Origin: a virus
IMG/VR virus record: IMGVR_UViG_3300021376_000010
Reading direction: 5' to 3' (one strand)
Length of the DNA stretch: 64,000 nucleotides
This document shows positions 9,099 through 16,868 of the stretch, one piece after another. Position 1 is the stretch's first letter; each line of letters starts with the position of its first letter. The notes beneath the pieces are model-generated. The model made no database searches. It saw nothing but the letters and a program-made list of their open reading frames with translations, and had not been told where the DNA came from. The translations under genes were made by a program, and so were the position numbers.

Positions 9099-10781
9099 TT
9101 AATTGGGAATATAAACAAGTTTTTGAATTTCTGGTAGGTACATATATTCAATATCACTCTGTTTTAAAGTATTAACACCATCTTCAACAGTTTCAACTAG
9201 AGGATCACCACCAAGATTGAAACTAGTATTGAACAGAATTGGAACTTCACTTAACTTCTCAAAAGCATCAATGAGATTATAATAATGTTGATTTTGTTCA
9301 GGAGTTACAGTCTGAATGCGGCAAGTTCCATCAACGTGAATGACCGAAGGAATTTTATCTTCAACACCATCTTGACACTTTACTGCATACATCATGTGTG
9401 GAGTTTCATCACGACCAGTTAGGTCAAACCAATCATGTACACATTCTTTCTTGATAGTACATGCAAATGGACGGAACCATTCACGACGTTTTACTGTATT
9501 TACGATATCTTTACCGTCTTTAATAGTTGGATCAAACAAGATAGAACGGTTGCCCAAAGCACGAGGACCACCCTCAGAACGACCTTGGTACATAGTAACA
9601 ATATTTCCTTCACGGATTAGTTTCGCAACTTCATCATATGAAGTATCAGTTACTTCAAGACCATCTAGAGCATCTTCATAGGTATCAGGGTTGTATTGAG
9701 GACCATAATAAACAGAAGCTTGTTTTAGAGGAGTTTTGTTTGATGTTACTTTATGCCAAACATATTTTGCACCTCCAATTGATGTTCCACCATCATGGGA
9801 AATTGGTTCACAATAGATATTCAAATCTGGGAACTCTTTCCAATACTTGTAATTGGCAACACAGTTTAGGCCATATCCACCACAGATAACAATATTTTTC
9901 TCTCCAGTTTCTTCATGTGCTTTACGAATCAGTTCGACCATTCTATCCGAAGTTGCTTCTTGAATAGCATATGCCATGTCCTTTTGAATTTCTGTATACT
10001 CATTTCTTTTATGATTTTCTACATCATTCATCAAAACTTCATATCTTCCAACATTTATTTTTGCAGCATTTGGATATGTGGGGATAATTACTTCTCTGTT
10101 TCCCCATCCATTAGTGAAGAATTTAGGAAGTGTGTCATTAGGTTTTCCGTAAGGGGCAAGACCCATTAGTTTACCTGCTTCAATAGCAGGGAATCCACAA
10201 TATTCAGTGACTGCTTCATACATTTTTGTATGACCAGGATACTCAGTAATAAAAACTCCATCACTTACTTGATTGCATCCAATTGGTGCTTTTGTTCCTA
10301 AGTGTTTATAAACTACTTCAAAATTGTTTGGATATGATGCTTGGAAAATAGTTTCAAATTCAAATACAACATCATCCACACCCTCAAATTTGAGAAAACT
10401 TCCAGCACCATCAGCAATTACACAAGCAGCAGTTTCAAATCCTGAGTTATAAAAACCACAAGCAGCGTGCATTTCGTGATGGACTGTATCAATGAAATGA
10501 ACTTCAAAGTCAAATTTTTTCTTTGCAAGTTTTCTTACCCATCCATGATACAGGTCTTCTCCAGTCCAATCCAATTGTGGACCATGCCTGTGGGTATGGC
10601 AAACAACCAAATGGTCAATATGGTCTACGTAATCAAATACCTTTTCAAGCCCCAATAGTGGAGAACCATCATATTTAAATTTGGACAATCTTTCTTCTTC
10701 TAGATAGAAAATAACTTCACCATCTTTTAAAAGAGTTGTGCTTCCATTATGTCCACGAGCACATGCTGCAATAATAGTCAT
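9099..10781 (-). CDS. NodU/CmcH-family O-carbamoyltransferase (copy 1)
   Basis: GHNGS, EEERLS, HHEMHA, DGAG, GKLMGLAPYG, GGYGLNCVAN, EGGPRALGNRSIL, RPFA, HVDGTCRIQT, NTSFN. GAGGAG RBS. Confidence 0.9.
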   Translation of the reverse strand: MTIIAACARGHNGSTTLLKDGEVIFYLEEERLSKFKYDGSPLLGLEKVFDYVDHIDHLVVCHTHRHGPQLDWTGEDLYHGWVRKLAKKKFDFEVHFIDTVHHEMHAACGFYNSGFETAACVIADGAGSFLKFEGVDDVVFEFETIFQASYPNNFEVVYKHLGTKAPIGCNQVSDGVFITEYPGHTKMYEAVTEYCGFPAIEAGKLMGLAPYGKPNDTLPKFFTNGWGNREVIIPTYPNAAKINVGRYEVLMNDVENHKRNEYTEIQKDMAYAIQEATSDRMVELIRKAHEETGEKNIVICGGYGLNCVANYKYWKEFPDLNIYCEPISHDGGTSIGGAKYVWHKVTSNKTPLKQASVYYGPQYNPDTYEDALDGLEVTDTSYDEVAKLIREGNIVTMYQGRSEGGPRALGNRSILFDPTIKDGKDIVNTVKRREWFRPFACTIKKECVHDWFDLTGRDETPHMMYAVKCQDGVEDKIPSVIHVDGTCRIQTVTPEQNQHYYNLIDAFEKLSEVPILFNTSFNLGGDPLVETVEDGVNTLKQSDIEYMYLPEIQKLVYIPN

Positions 10782-10791
10782 AGTTTACTCC

Positions 10792-11952
10792 TCAAACTGT
10801 TTTCATTGTGTCCATAAATCCTAATGATTTTTTATTTCCATTAGATTTGATGCCATTCTCTTCTAGGACTGCATCTATTGAATTAAGTGCTTTTTTTGTT
10901 TGCTCCGATGATGCTCCAGTAAGTTGAGGTGCTTGTTCCAACTTTGCGGGAGGCATACCACAAGATGCTTGTTGCTGTTCCATTGTTGGAAGAACAACAG
11001 AATCAGTCTTCTTTACATAATATCTATTCATCAATTTATCGACCGACTGAAGAATGACCGACTCAACTTTGTCATTCATTGCCATAATACCATCATTTGT
11101 TCTGCCACTTACTTCATCCATTGTAATACGAATTGGATCGTAGATTCTTAGACCTTCACCCATATCAAGAACTTCAAATTTATCACAATTTGGATAACTG
11201 ATATTTTCTTTACAGGTTGCCCCAACTATAACTACAGCAGGAATATCCAAAGAATATGCCATATGCTGACCAACAGAATCGCACCCAATGAAAAGATCTG
11301 ACTCTGCAATAATACCTGCCCATTGTCGTAAGTCAATACCTCTTGGGCAAGCAACTGGGTCTTTACAACCTTCTTTCTGGAAGTCTAGTTCAACTTCCCC
11401 CATATAAATTACGGAATATTTCTTTTGTAGTTTTTTTATGATTGATACAACGTTAGTAAATTCAAAACTTCTACCACTAGAATCAGTAATGAAATTGCCC
11501 ATCACCTGAGTTCCACGTCCAAATGGTTGGAAGACTACAACTTTTTCTTTCTTTGTTTTTTGCTTAACTTCCTCTACTACAAATTTACCATTAATCATTT
11601 CTTGTCTAGAAAGTTTAATGGTCGGTTTTTGAAGTTCTCGAACGCCTTTATCATTGATTTGAATATCAAAAGCCTGAGATAGGTTACACTTTTGATTATA
11701 GTATTCCCAGATACGATATGGTTCTGTTGTAACGATGTCCATATCCTTCAGTTTATCTCTGAAGAGATTTTTGTGCCAATGGTCGTAAACTTTTTGGAAA
11801 AGAGTTGGGTGTCCTTTGAAGAAATCTGTGCCTCCTTCGCAGACAATCAAAAAGTCTTTATCTGGGTTTTCTTCTTGGTATTTTTCAAATGCTGGTATCG
11901 AGCAAATCACTCTGCCTGCCCCACCATTTACAAAAAATGCTTTTGATCTCAT
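10792..11952 (-). CDS. GT-B glycosyltransferase, GT9 (heptosyltransferase)-like
   Basis: N-terminal GGAGRVICSIP loop; VVFQPFG; C-domain LRQWAGIIAESDLFIGCDSVGQHMAYSLDIPAVVIVGAT matches the GT9 DS..H.A..L..P pattern. Confidence 0.7.
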   Translation of the reverse strand: MRSKAFFVNGGAGRVICSIPAFEKYQEENPDKDFLIVCEGGTDFFKGHPTLFQKVYDHWHKNLFRDKLKDMDIVTTEPYRIWEYYNQKCNLSQAFDIQINDKGVRELQKPTIKLSRQEMINGKFVVEEVKQKTKKEKVVVFQPFGRGTQVMGNFITDSSGRSFEFTNVVSIIKKLQKKYSVIYMGEVELDFQKEGCKDPVACPRGIDLRQWAGIIAESDLFIGCDSVGQHMAYSLDIPAVVIVGATCKENISYPNCDKFEVLDMGEGLRIYDPIRITMDEVSGRTNDGIMAMNDKVESVILQSVDKLMNRYYVKKTDSVVLPTMEQQQASCGMPPAKLEQAPQLTGASSEQTKKALNSIDAVLEENGIKSNGNKKSLGFMDTMKTV

Positions 11953-11995
11953 TTTATCGCCTCAAACAAATGATGATGTTTTAATTATACAATTT

Positions 11996-12003
11996 TATTT
12001 ATT
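11996..12003 (-). promoter_or_regulatory. Late-promoter-like AATAAATA (flanked by two TATAAT) upstream of the modification cassette
   Basis: Minus strand TGTATAATAAATAAAATTGTATAAT directly after the terminator U-tract, ~45 nt before ATG 11952. Confidence 0.5.
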
Positions 12004-12006
12004 ATA

Positions 12007-12031
12007 CAAAAAAGGGAGGGGTTTCCTCCCT
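12007..12031 (-). terminator. Rho-independent terminator
   Basis: Minus strand AGGGAGG-AAACC-CCTCCCT followed by TTTTTT, ~35 nt after the stop at 12067. Confidence 0.85.
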
Positions 12032-12066
12032 CCTTTATTCTAACAGTTTAAAATTAAAACAGTCAA

Positions 12067-12945
12067 TTATTCGTTTTCTGATTCTTCTGTATTTTCTTCT
12101 TCTGCTGAATCACTAATTTGTTGTGGTTCTATAGTTGAGATATCAATTTCTTTTCCATCTCTATATGGTTTACCATCAACATACTCAACTGGACCTTCTG
12201 GTTTTGGAGGTGCTTCTGTTCCTGTTTTGTTATCAATACCAAATGCATTTCCATTTGATGCACTCCAATTATCCAATCCCATTGGATTCGATGGGAATGG
12301 AACCATCCAAGGAGTATCTAAATAATCTGCATATTTAACTGTAACATTATCAAGAGCAGTTAAATATGCTGCCCATTTTGTCTTTTGTGTGGAAGTAAAT
12401 CCAGTTGTTTCTGCTTTTTTTTCTAGTTTTTTGATTGACTCTAATGCATACAAAAGTTCTTCTTTTGTAATATGTGGTTTTTTCCATGGGAATGGTTTTT
12501 TCCATTCTTTAGTTTCGAAATCAAATTCAACCTCTCCCACTTCAATTGTTTTATTTGGATATGGTGGATTTGGTCTAGTATAAAATGGTTCTGTCTCTCC
12601 ATCCAAAGTATACGTCTTATGTGGTATTTCGTCTATAGATGGACCTATTGAATTACCAACAACTGCTGCTAAAAGTAAGGGTTCTTCTTCTACGTCAATC
12701 AAGGCATAATCATATCCTAAACCAGAGAAAGTATCTGCAGCTGCGTCATTTTCTTCTCTAGTTCTATCATCCTCATATAACATCCAACCCAACATACTAT
12801 TAATTTTTTTGGTATCTTTAAGTATCATAACATAAACTTTATCTGGACCTTCATAAGTCCATTCAGCAGTCAGACCAAGTTTATTTGTTTGTAGCAAATA
12901 ATCGTCTGGTATATTATATGTGAATTTTTTAGTCGTTTTTGCCAT
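12067..12945 (-). CDS. Tail-fibre assembly chaperone-like protein (divergent) with acidic C-terminal tail
   Basis: KWAAYLTALDNV..PWMVPFPSNP resembles the W..YRQ.LRD.P..P.WP..P tail-assembly-chaperone motif. Lies directly after the adhesin genes. Confidence 0.5.
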   Translation of the reverse strand: MAKTTKKFTYNIPDDYLLQTNKLGLTAEWTYEGPDKVYVMILKDTKKINSMLGWMLYEDDRTREENDAAADTFSGLGYDYALIDVEEEPLLLAAVVGNSIGPSIDEIPHKTYTLDGETEPFYTRPNPPYPNKTIEVGEVEFDFETKEWKKPFPWKKPHITKEELLYALESIKKLEKKAETTGFTSTQKTKWAAYLTALDNVTVKYADYLDTPWMVPFPSNPMGLDNWSASNGNAFGIDNKTGTEAPPKPEGPVEYVDGKPYRDGKEIDISTIEPQQISDSAEEENTEESENE

Positions 12946-12987
12946 AATACTTAACCTTTCTCCTGTTTTTTATTTATTTAAATCTAA

Positions 12988-13947
12988 TTAAACATATCTT
13001 ACGGTTACACGTACTGCACCTGCCCAACCAGGATTTCCACAGCAACAACCACCCCCACATACAGTTGCAGAAGCACCACCCAAACCAGGAACATAATTGT
13101 GGTCAATATAACCACCAAAACCCAAATTACCTGCTGCCCATGATTGATTCCAATTTCCGCAAGTAGAATTTTCACATTGGTGTGATGAGACCCAACCACC
13201 TTTTTGGTTTACTAATCCTCCTGGATAAGCAATGTGGTACATGTTCCAGCAACGGTTTTGGTGACAGAATAAACCATAAGCACCAGGAACACCAAATGCC
13301 CCGCCATCTGCACCAAAATAACGAGCACAGCAACCAACACATGAAGTATTGAGACCCACAACGTTACCAGTTCCACCAAATCCCTCAGAAGCTCCTATTG
13401 CGGTCTTCCAATAGCACTTATTACCACAGAACTGAGTAATACAGAAAGAGCAACCTCCCCATCCACCTTCAGCATAAAAACCAGTAAGTCCAGTTCCAGT
13501 TACTGTAGTGCATTCACCTCTTAAACCAGTATCATTAGGAACTTTACATGTTGGTGAACCAATTCTAAAGACATATGGTGTTCCAGATGCTACACCAACA
13601 ACGGTTTTGAATGCATAAGCACCCGATCCTCCAGGAATTCCGTAAGCACAGCAGCAAGCACCTGCTCCACCGCCACCAGCACCCCAAATTTCAAAGGTAA
13701 TTGCAGTTGTACCTGCTCCAGGATATGAAGGAACTTTCCAGCAACAATATACAAAATTGTTAAAACCCATCGTAAAGTCACCTGCTGGTGCTTGACAACA
13801 AGTGGTTTCGTAACTACCGTCGGTATTACCGCACATGTGTGCCATGAAATAAGTTACTTGACCCTCTCGAAGTCTTCCAATTCCACCTGAATGTATTCCT
13901 GTAAAATTTGGTTCTGCTGAACCCAACAGAGTTCTAAGATTTGCCAT
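12988..13947 (-). CDS. Cys-rich glycine-rich adhesin-like tail protein (paralogue 3)
   Basis: 319 aa, ~25 Cys (hand count). FEIWGAGGGGAGACCC..PGGSGAYA.K, AEGG.GG, FGADGG, GAVRVT. Confidence 0.7.
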   Translation of the reverse strand: MANLRTLLGSAEPNFTGIHSGGIGRLREGQVTYFMAHMCGNTDGSYETTCCQAPAGDFTMGFNNFVYCCWKVPSYPGAGTTAITFEIWGAGGGGAGACCCAYGIPGGSGAYAFKTVVGVASGTPYVFRIGSPTCKVPNDTGLRGECTTVTGTGLTGFYAEGGWGGCSFCITQFCGNKCYWKTAIGASEGFGGTGNVVGLNTSCVGCCARYFGADGGAFGVPGAYGLFCHQNRCWNMYHIAYPGGLVNQKGGWVSSHQCENSTCGNWNQSWAAGNLGFGGYIDHNYVPGLGGASATVCGGGCCCGNPGWAGAVRVTVRYV

Positions 13948-13972
13948 TTTTAATATTTCCTCTTAAAGGTAT

Positions 13973-14935
13973 TTATCTATAGGTGATTCTAATTAGACCA
14001 GCTGTTCCAGGTGCAGAAATACAGCAACCACCCGCACATGTAGTTACAGAAGGATGCCCTGAACCTCTCATTCCCATACTACAGTTACTATTTCCAGGCC
14101 ATTCACCTAACCAACATTGTGCTCTTTCATTGCAGCAAGCATTTCCTGGATTTCTGTGAATAATATATCTTACTTCTTTATCACGGACTCCACCTGGTTG
14201 AGGAATACCAAGTCTTACGAAACAGTTATTTCCACAAATACAATCTACACGGAACCATCCCATTCTTCCAGGAACACCAAAATCTGCTCCATAATAGCAA
14301 GCACAATCACAAGCTCTACAACTACCAGGAACTGGATCTAATGAATAGCAACCCAATGAACCTCTTGGTGTTGTTCCAGTTGTTCCTCCAGGACCATATG
14401 TTCCAGTTAAATTAGCACCATGCTCATTATAGAAAATAAAGCAACATGTTCTACCTGGCATTCCGCCTTCAGCACAGAAGTTAGTGAGACCACATCCAGT
14501 TATCCATGTTTTGCATCCAGTAGCACCTAAGCAGGATGATGAGCAAGTTGTTGTTGGACCAAGGCACCATAGATAACAAAGACCACCTAAGGTTTCTAGT
14601 CCCATGTCTCTTGCACAAAGTGTTTTCATTGCATATGCACCTGAACCACTTGGAGTTCCTTGCATACAGCAACATGATCCTGCACCACCTCCTCCACCAC
14701 CCCAAATGTGGAATTGGACGGTAGTTACTCCAGGATAGACACAAAATCCACCACACCACTGCCTGTAACTGGTATCACAGGAATTAAGCCAACAGCCTCC
14801 ACCAAAAAATGTATCAAAACCATCTACAAGAGTATTGCCCCATCCATTTCCCCATTGGGTGGAACGGAATCCGCACACTCTTTGTTGGAGTTCAACTTGA
14901 TTTTCTGTATTTAATAATTCTCTTAATCTAGCCAT
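13973..14935 (-). CDS. Cys-rich glycine-rich adhesin-like tail protein (paralogue 2)
   Basis: True start probably ATG 14935 (MARLRELL; AGGAG upstream, matches paralogue N-termini). 320 aa, ~33 Cys. FHIWGGGGGGAGSCCC..PSGSGAYAMK, FCAEGG, YGAD, GLIRITY. Confidence 0.7.
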   Translation of the reverse strand: MARLRELLNTENQVELQQRVCGFRSTQWGNGWGNTLVDGFDTFFGGGCWLNSCDTSYRQWCGGFCVYPGVTTVQFHIWGGGGGGAGSCCCMQGTPSGSGAYAMKTLCARDMGLETLGGLCYLWCLGPTTTCSSSCLGATGCKTWITGCGLTNFCAEGGMPGRTCCFIFYNEHGANLTGTYGPGGTTGTTPRGSLGCYSLDPVPGSCRACDCACYYGADFGVPGRMGWFRVDCICGNNCFVRLGIPQPGGVRDKEVRYIIHRNPGNACCNERAQCWLGEWPGNSNCSMGMRGSGHPSVTTCAGGCCISAPGTAGLIRITYR

Positions 14936-14948
14936 TTGAAATCTCCTA

Positions 14949-16088
14949 TTAACCGTAAGTGATACGAACCATTCCAGAATGTCCTGGACCACCACAATAG
15001 CAGTTTCCACCTTCTGAAGAAGCTGATCTTCCACCCAACCCAACAATACCTTCTTCTGCACGTAGAGAACTATGTCCAAAGTAATCTGAGAATCTATACT
15101 GGGAAGAATCTGCACCAGAAAGATTCATAGATTGATATCTATATGGAAGATAACCACCTCTAGTATTAATTAGTCCACCAGGGAATGGATGATACTGAAC
15201 AATCATGCACCAGTCCATTGCTTGATTGCATGGTGAACCTAACAGTCCAGGAAGACCTCTTGCTCCACCATCAGCACCAAAGAAGGGAGCACAGTAAGCA
15301 CATTGATTAGTACAAATACCACCAAAGCAAGGATTGAGAGCATGACCATAAGAAACTCTACGTCCATTTGACCCAAAGGTAGTTCCAGCACCAATTAAAT
15401 CATATTGGAGTCTTGTTACGTCTTGATATTCAAGTGGATAATGTCCAATACCACCACCAGGAGTAAAGCAAGAAAATCCACAATTTCCCCAATGACCACC
15501 ACAAGCTTCACACATGTGTCCACCAAAAGGCATTGCTTGGCTTTCATTACATGAGTGACAATAATCACATATGCAATACATTTCAAAAGTGCTTTCTCTG
15601 TTCATACAGTTTGAACAGAATGATGCACCACCAAAACCACCTTCCGCACAGAAGTTATTCAATCCATATCCAACTACAAATGACTTACATCCACGAGAAC
15701 CCCACTGGGCTGGGTTGCAACAAGAAGCAGATGCGGCACATATTTCGTATGATTGTCCACCTAAATCAAATCCAGTGCAAATGCACTTATATGCATAAGC
15801 ACCCGATCCTCCAGGAGTTCCCCACATGCAACAGCAAGTGCCAGGTCCTCCACCACCTCCTCCCCAAATTTCAAACTTGATAAAGGTAGTTCCCGCTGGT
15901 GGTCTCCAAACATAGCATTCAAAATATCTATGTCTATTTACAGCACAATGGGTTCTGAATTGTACTTGATGATACTCAGAACCAGGAAAACTAATAGGTG
16001 TTGTTGGGACCGTACTGATTCCTGTTGTTTGGAATGACGCAATTTGTTGTTGGTCAGTATAACTAATTAAATCTCTTAAATTTGCCAT
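14949..16088 (-). CDS. Cys-rich glycine-rich adhesin-like tail protein (paralogue 1)
   Basis: 379 aa, ~30 Cys. FEIWGGGGGGPGTCCC..PGGSGAYAYK, FCAEGG.GG, FGADGG, GMVRITY. GGGGAG RBS. Confidence 0.7.
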   Translation of the reverse strand: MANLRDLISYTDQQQIASFQTTGISTVPTTPISFPGSEYHQVQFRTHCAVNRHRYFECYVWRPPAGTTFIKFEIWGGGGGGPGTCCCMWGTPGGSGAYAYKCICTGFDLGGQSYEICAASASCCNPAQWGSRGCKSFVVGYGLNNFCAEGGFGGASFCSNCMNRESTFEMYCICDYCHSCNESQAMPFGGHMCEACGGHWGNCGFSCFTPGGGIGHYPLEYQDVTRLQYDLIGAGTTFGSNGRRVSYGHALNPCFGGICTNQCAYCAPFFGADGGARGLPGLLGSPCNQAMDWCMIVQYHPFPGGLINTRGGYLPYRYQSMNLSGADSSQYRFSDYFGHSSLRAEEGIVGLGGRSASSEGGNCYCGGPGHSGMVRITYG

Positions 16089-16118
16089 TTTATATCTCCC
16101 CTAATTTTTTGGCAATTA

Positions 16119-16457
16119 TCATGCGTTCAGAAGAACCCATCCATATTGTGATCCAGAATAAAGAAGATCTACAGCATTGTTGGGAATATTTAATATTAGA
16201 GACTCATTCAAGTTAGCAATTTTTGTAGTTGTTGTATTGACTCCTACAGTGCAGAAATTTGTTTTCCAGTTCCCTGTTGGGTCAACGATAGAAACTCTAT
16301 CTCCGATGTTTGCTGTATCAGCACTTGGGATATTGATTGTAATGGCATTACTTGTCGTATCAACAAGATATGTTCTACCACTAGTTGCGGTATACGGTGT
16401 AGTACTTACAGTTACAACTTCTGTCGTAAATGTTGGTGCAGAAATGAAACGTCCCAT
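16119..16457 (-). CDS. Small tail-fibre connector domain protein
   Basis: YLVDTTSNAITINIP..IGDRVSIVD..W..N motif of T4-like fibre domains. Homologous to the C-half of 20812..21261. Confidence 0.6.
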   Translation of the reverse strand: MGRFISAPTFTTEVVTVSTTPYTATSGRTYLVDTTSNAITINIPSADTANIGDRVSIVDPTGNWKTNFCTVGVNTTTTKIANLNESLILNIPNNAVDLLYSGSQYGWVLLNA

Positions 16458-16487
16458 TGTTCTAAATTACTCCTTTATGGTTGTTAA

Positions 16488-16808
16488 TTAAAGTGTGGAT
16501 TGCTCAACACCGTAAACGTTAACGCTTACATTACTGGAATTAGAATATGCAATAAGTCTCTTACCAGCATCCAAAACTAATCCAGTTCTCTCCAGAACAC
16601 CATTGGGTGCAATAAAAGAATTAAATTCGATGAATTCAGCATTTGTTGGTGTTGCGGTTGCTGCAAGTGCTACACGAACAGCAATATCTGTAGCATTTCT
16701 ATTTGATACGTTAACATTAACGTATGCAAGTGTGCTAGTAGGAACAGTGTAAACTGTTGTATAAGTTGTAGAAGCAAGTGCTACTTGTCCTAGTACTCCA
16801 GATGCCAT
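16488..16808 (-). CDS. Small virion structural protein
   Basis: 106 aa, TVYTVP..VNVSNR..VRVALA..EFIEF..VLERTGLVL. Late promoter and GGGAG RBS upstream. Confidence 0.65.
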   Translation of the reverse strand: MASGVLGQVALASTTYTTVYTVPTSTLAYVNVNVSNRNATDIAVRVALAATATPTNAEFIEFNSFIAPNGVLERTGLVLDAGKRLIAYSNSSNVSVNVYGVEQSTL

Positions 16809-16849
16809 TTAAATCTCCCAATTTTTTTTGATTCAATCTTATATGCAAA

Positions 16850-16857
16850 TATTTATA
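16850..16857 (-). promoter_or_regulatory. T4-type late promoter TATAAATA driving the adhesin operon
   Basis: Perfect consensus in the 60-nt intergenic gap. Confidence 0.75.
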
Positions 16858-16868
16858 ATGTACAATAA

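Noticed and set aside
14936-15115. Extended N-termini given by the ORF track (also 7030-7047, 29390-29413, 42671-42679, 63673-63732)
   Set aside because: Most overlap upstream genes; downstream starts have better RBS/coupling or match paralogue or family N-termini.
15552-15580. CxxCH (CDYCH) heme-c-like motif in adhesin paralogue 1
   Set aside because: Single occurrence in a protein with ~8% Cys, absent from both paralogues, no export signal; likely chance.
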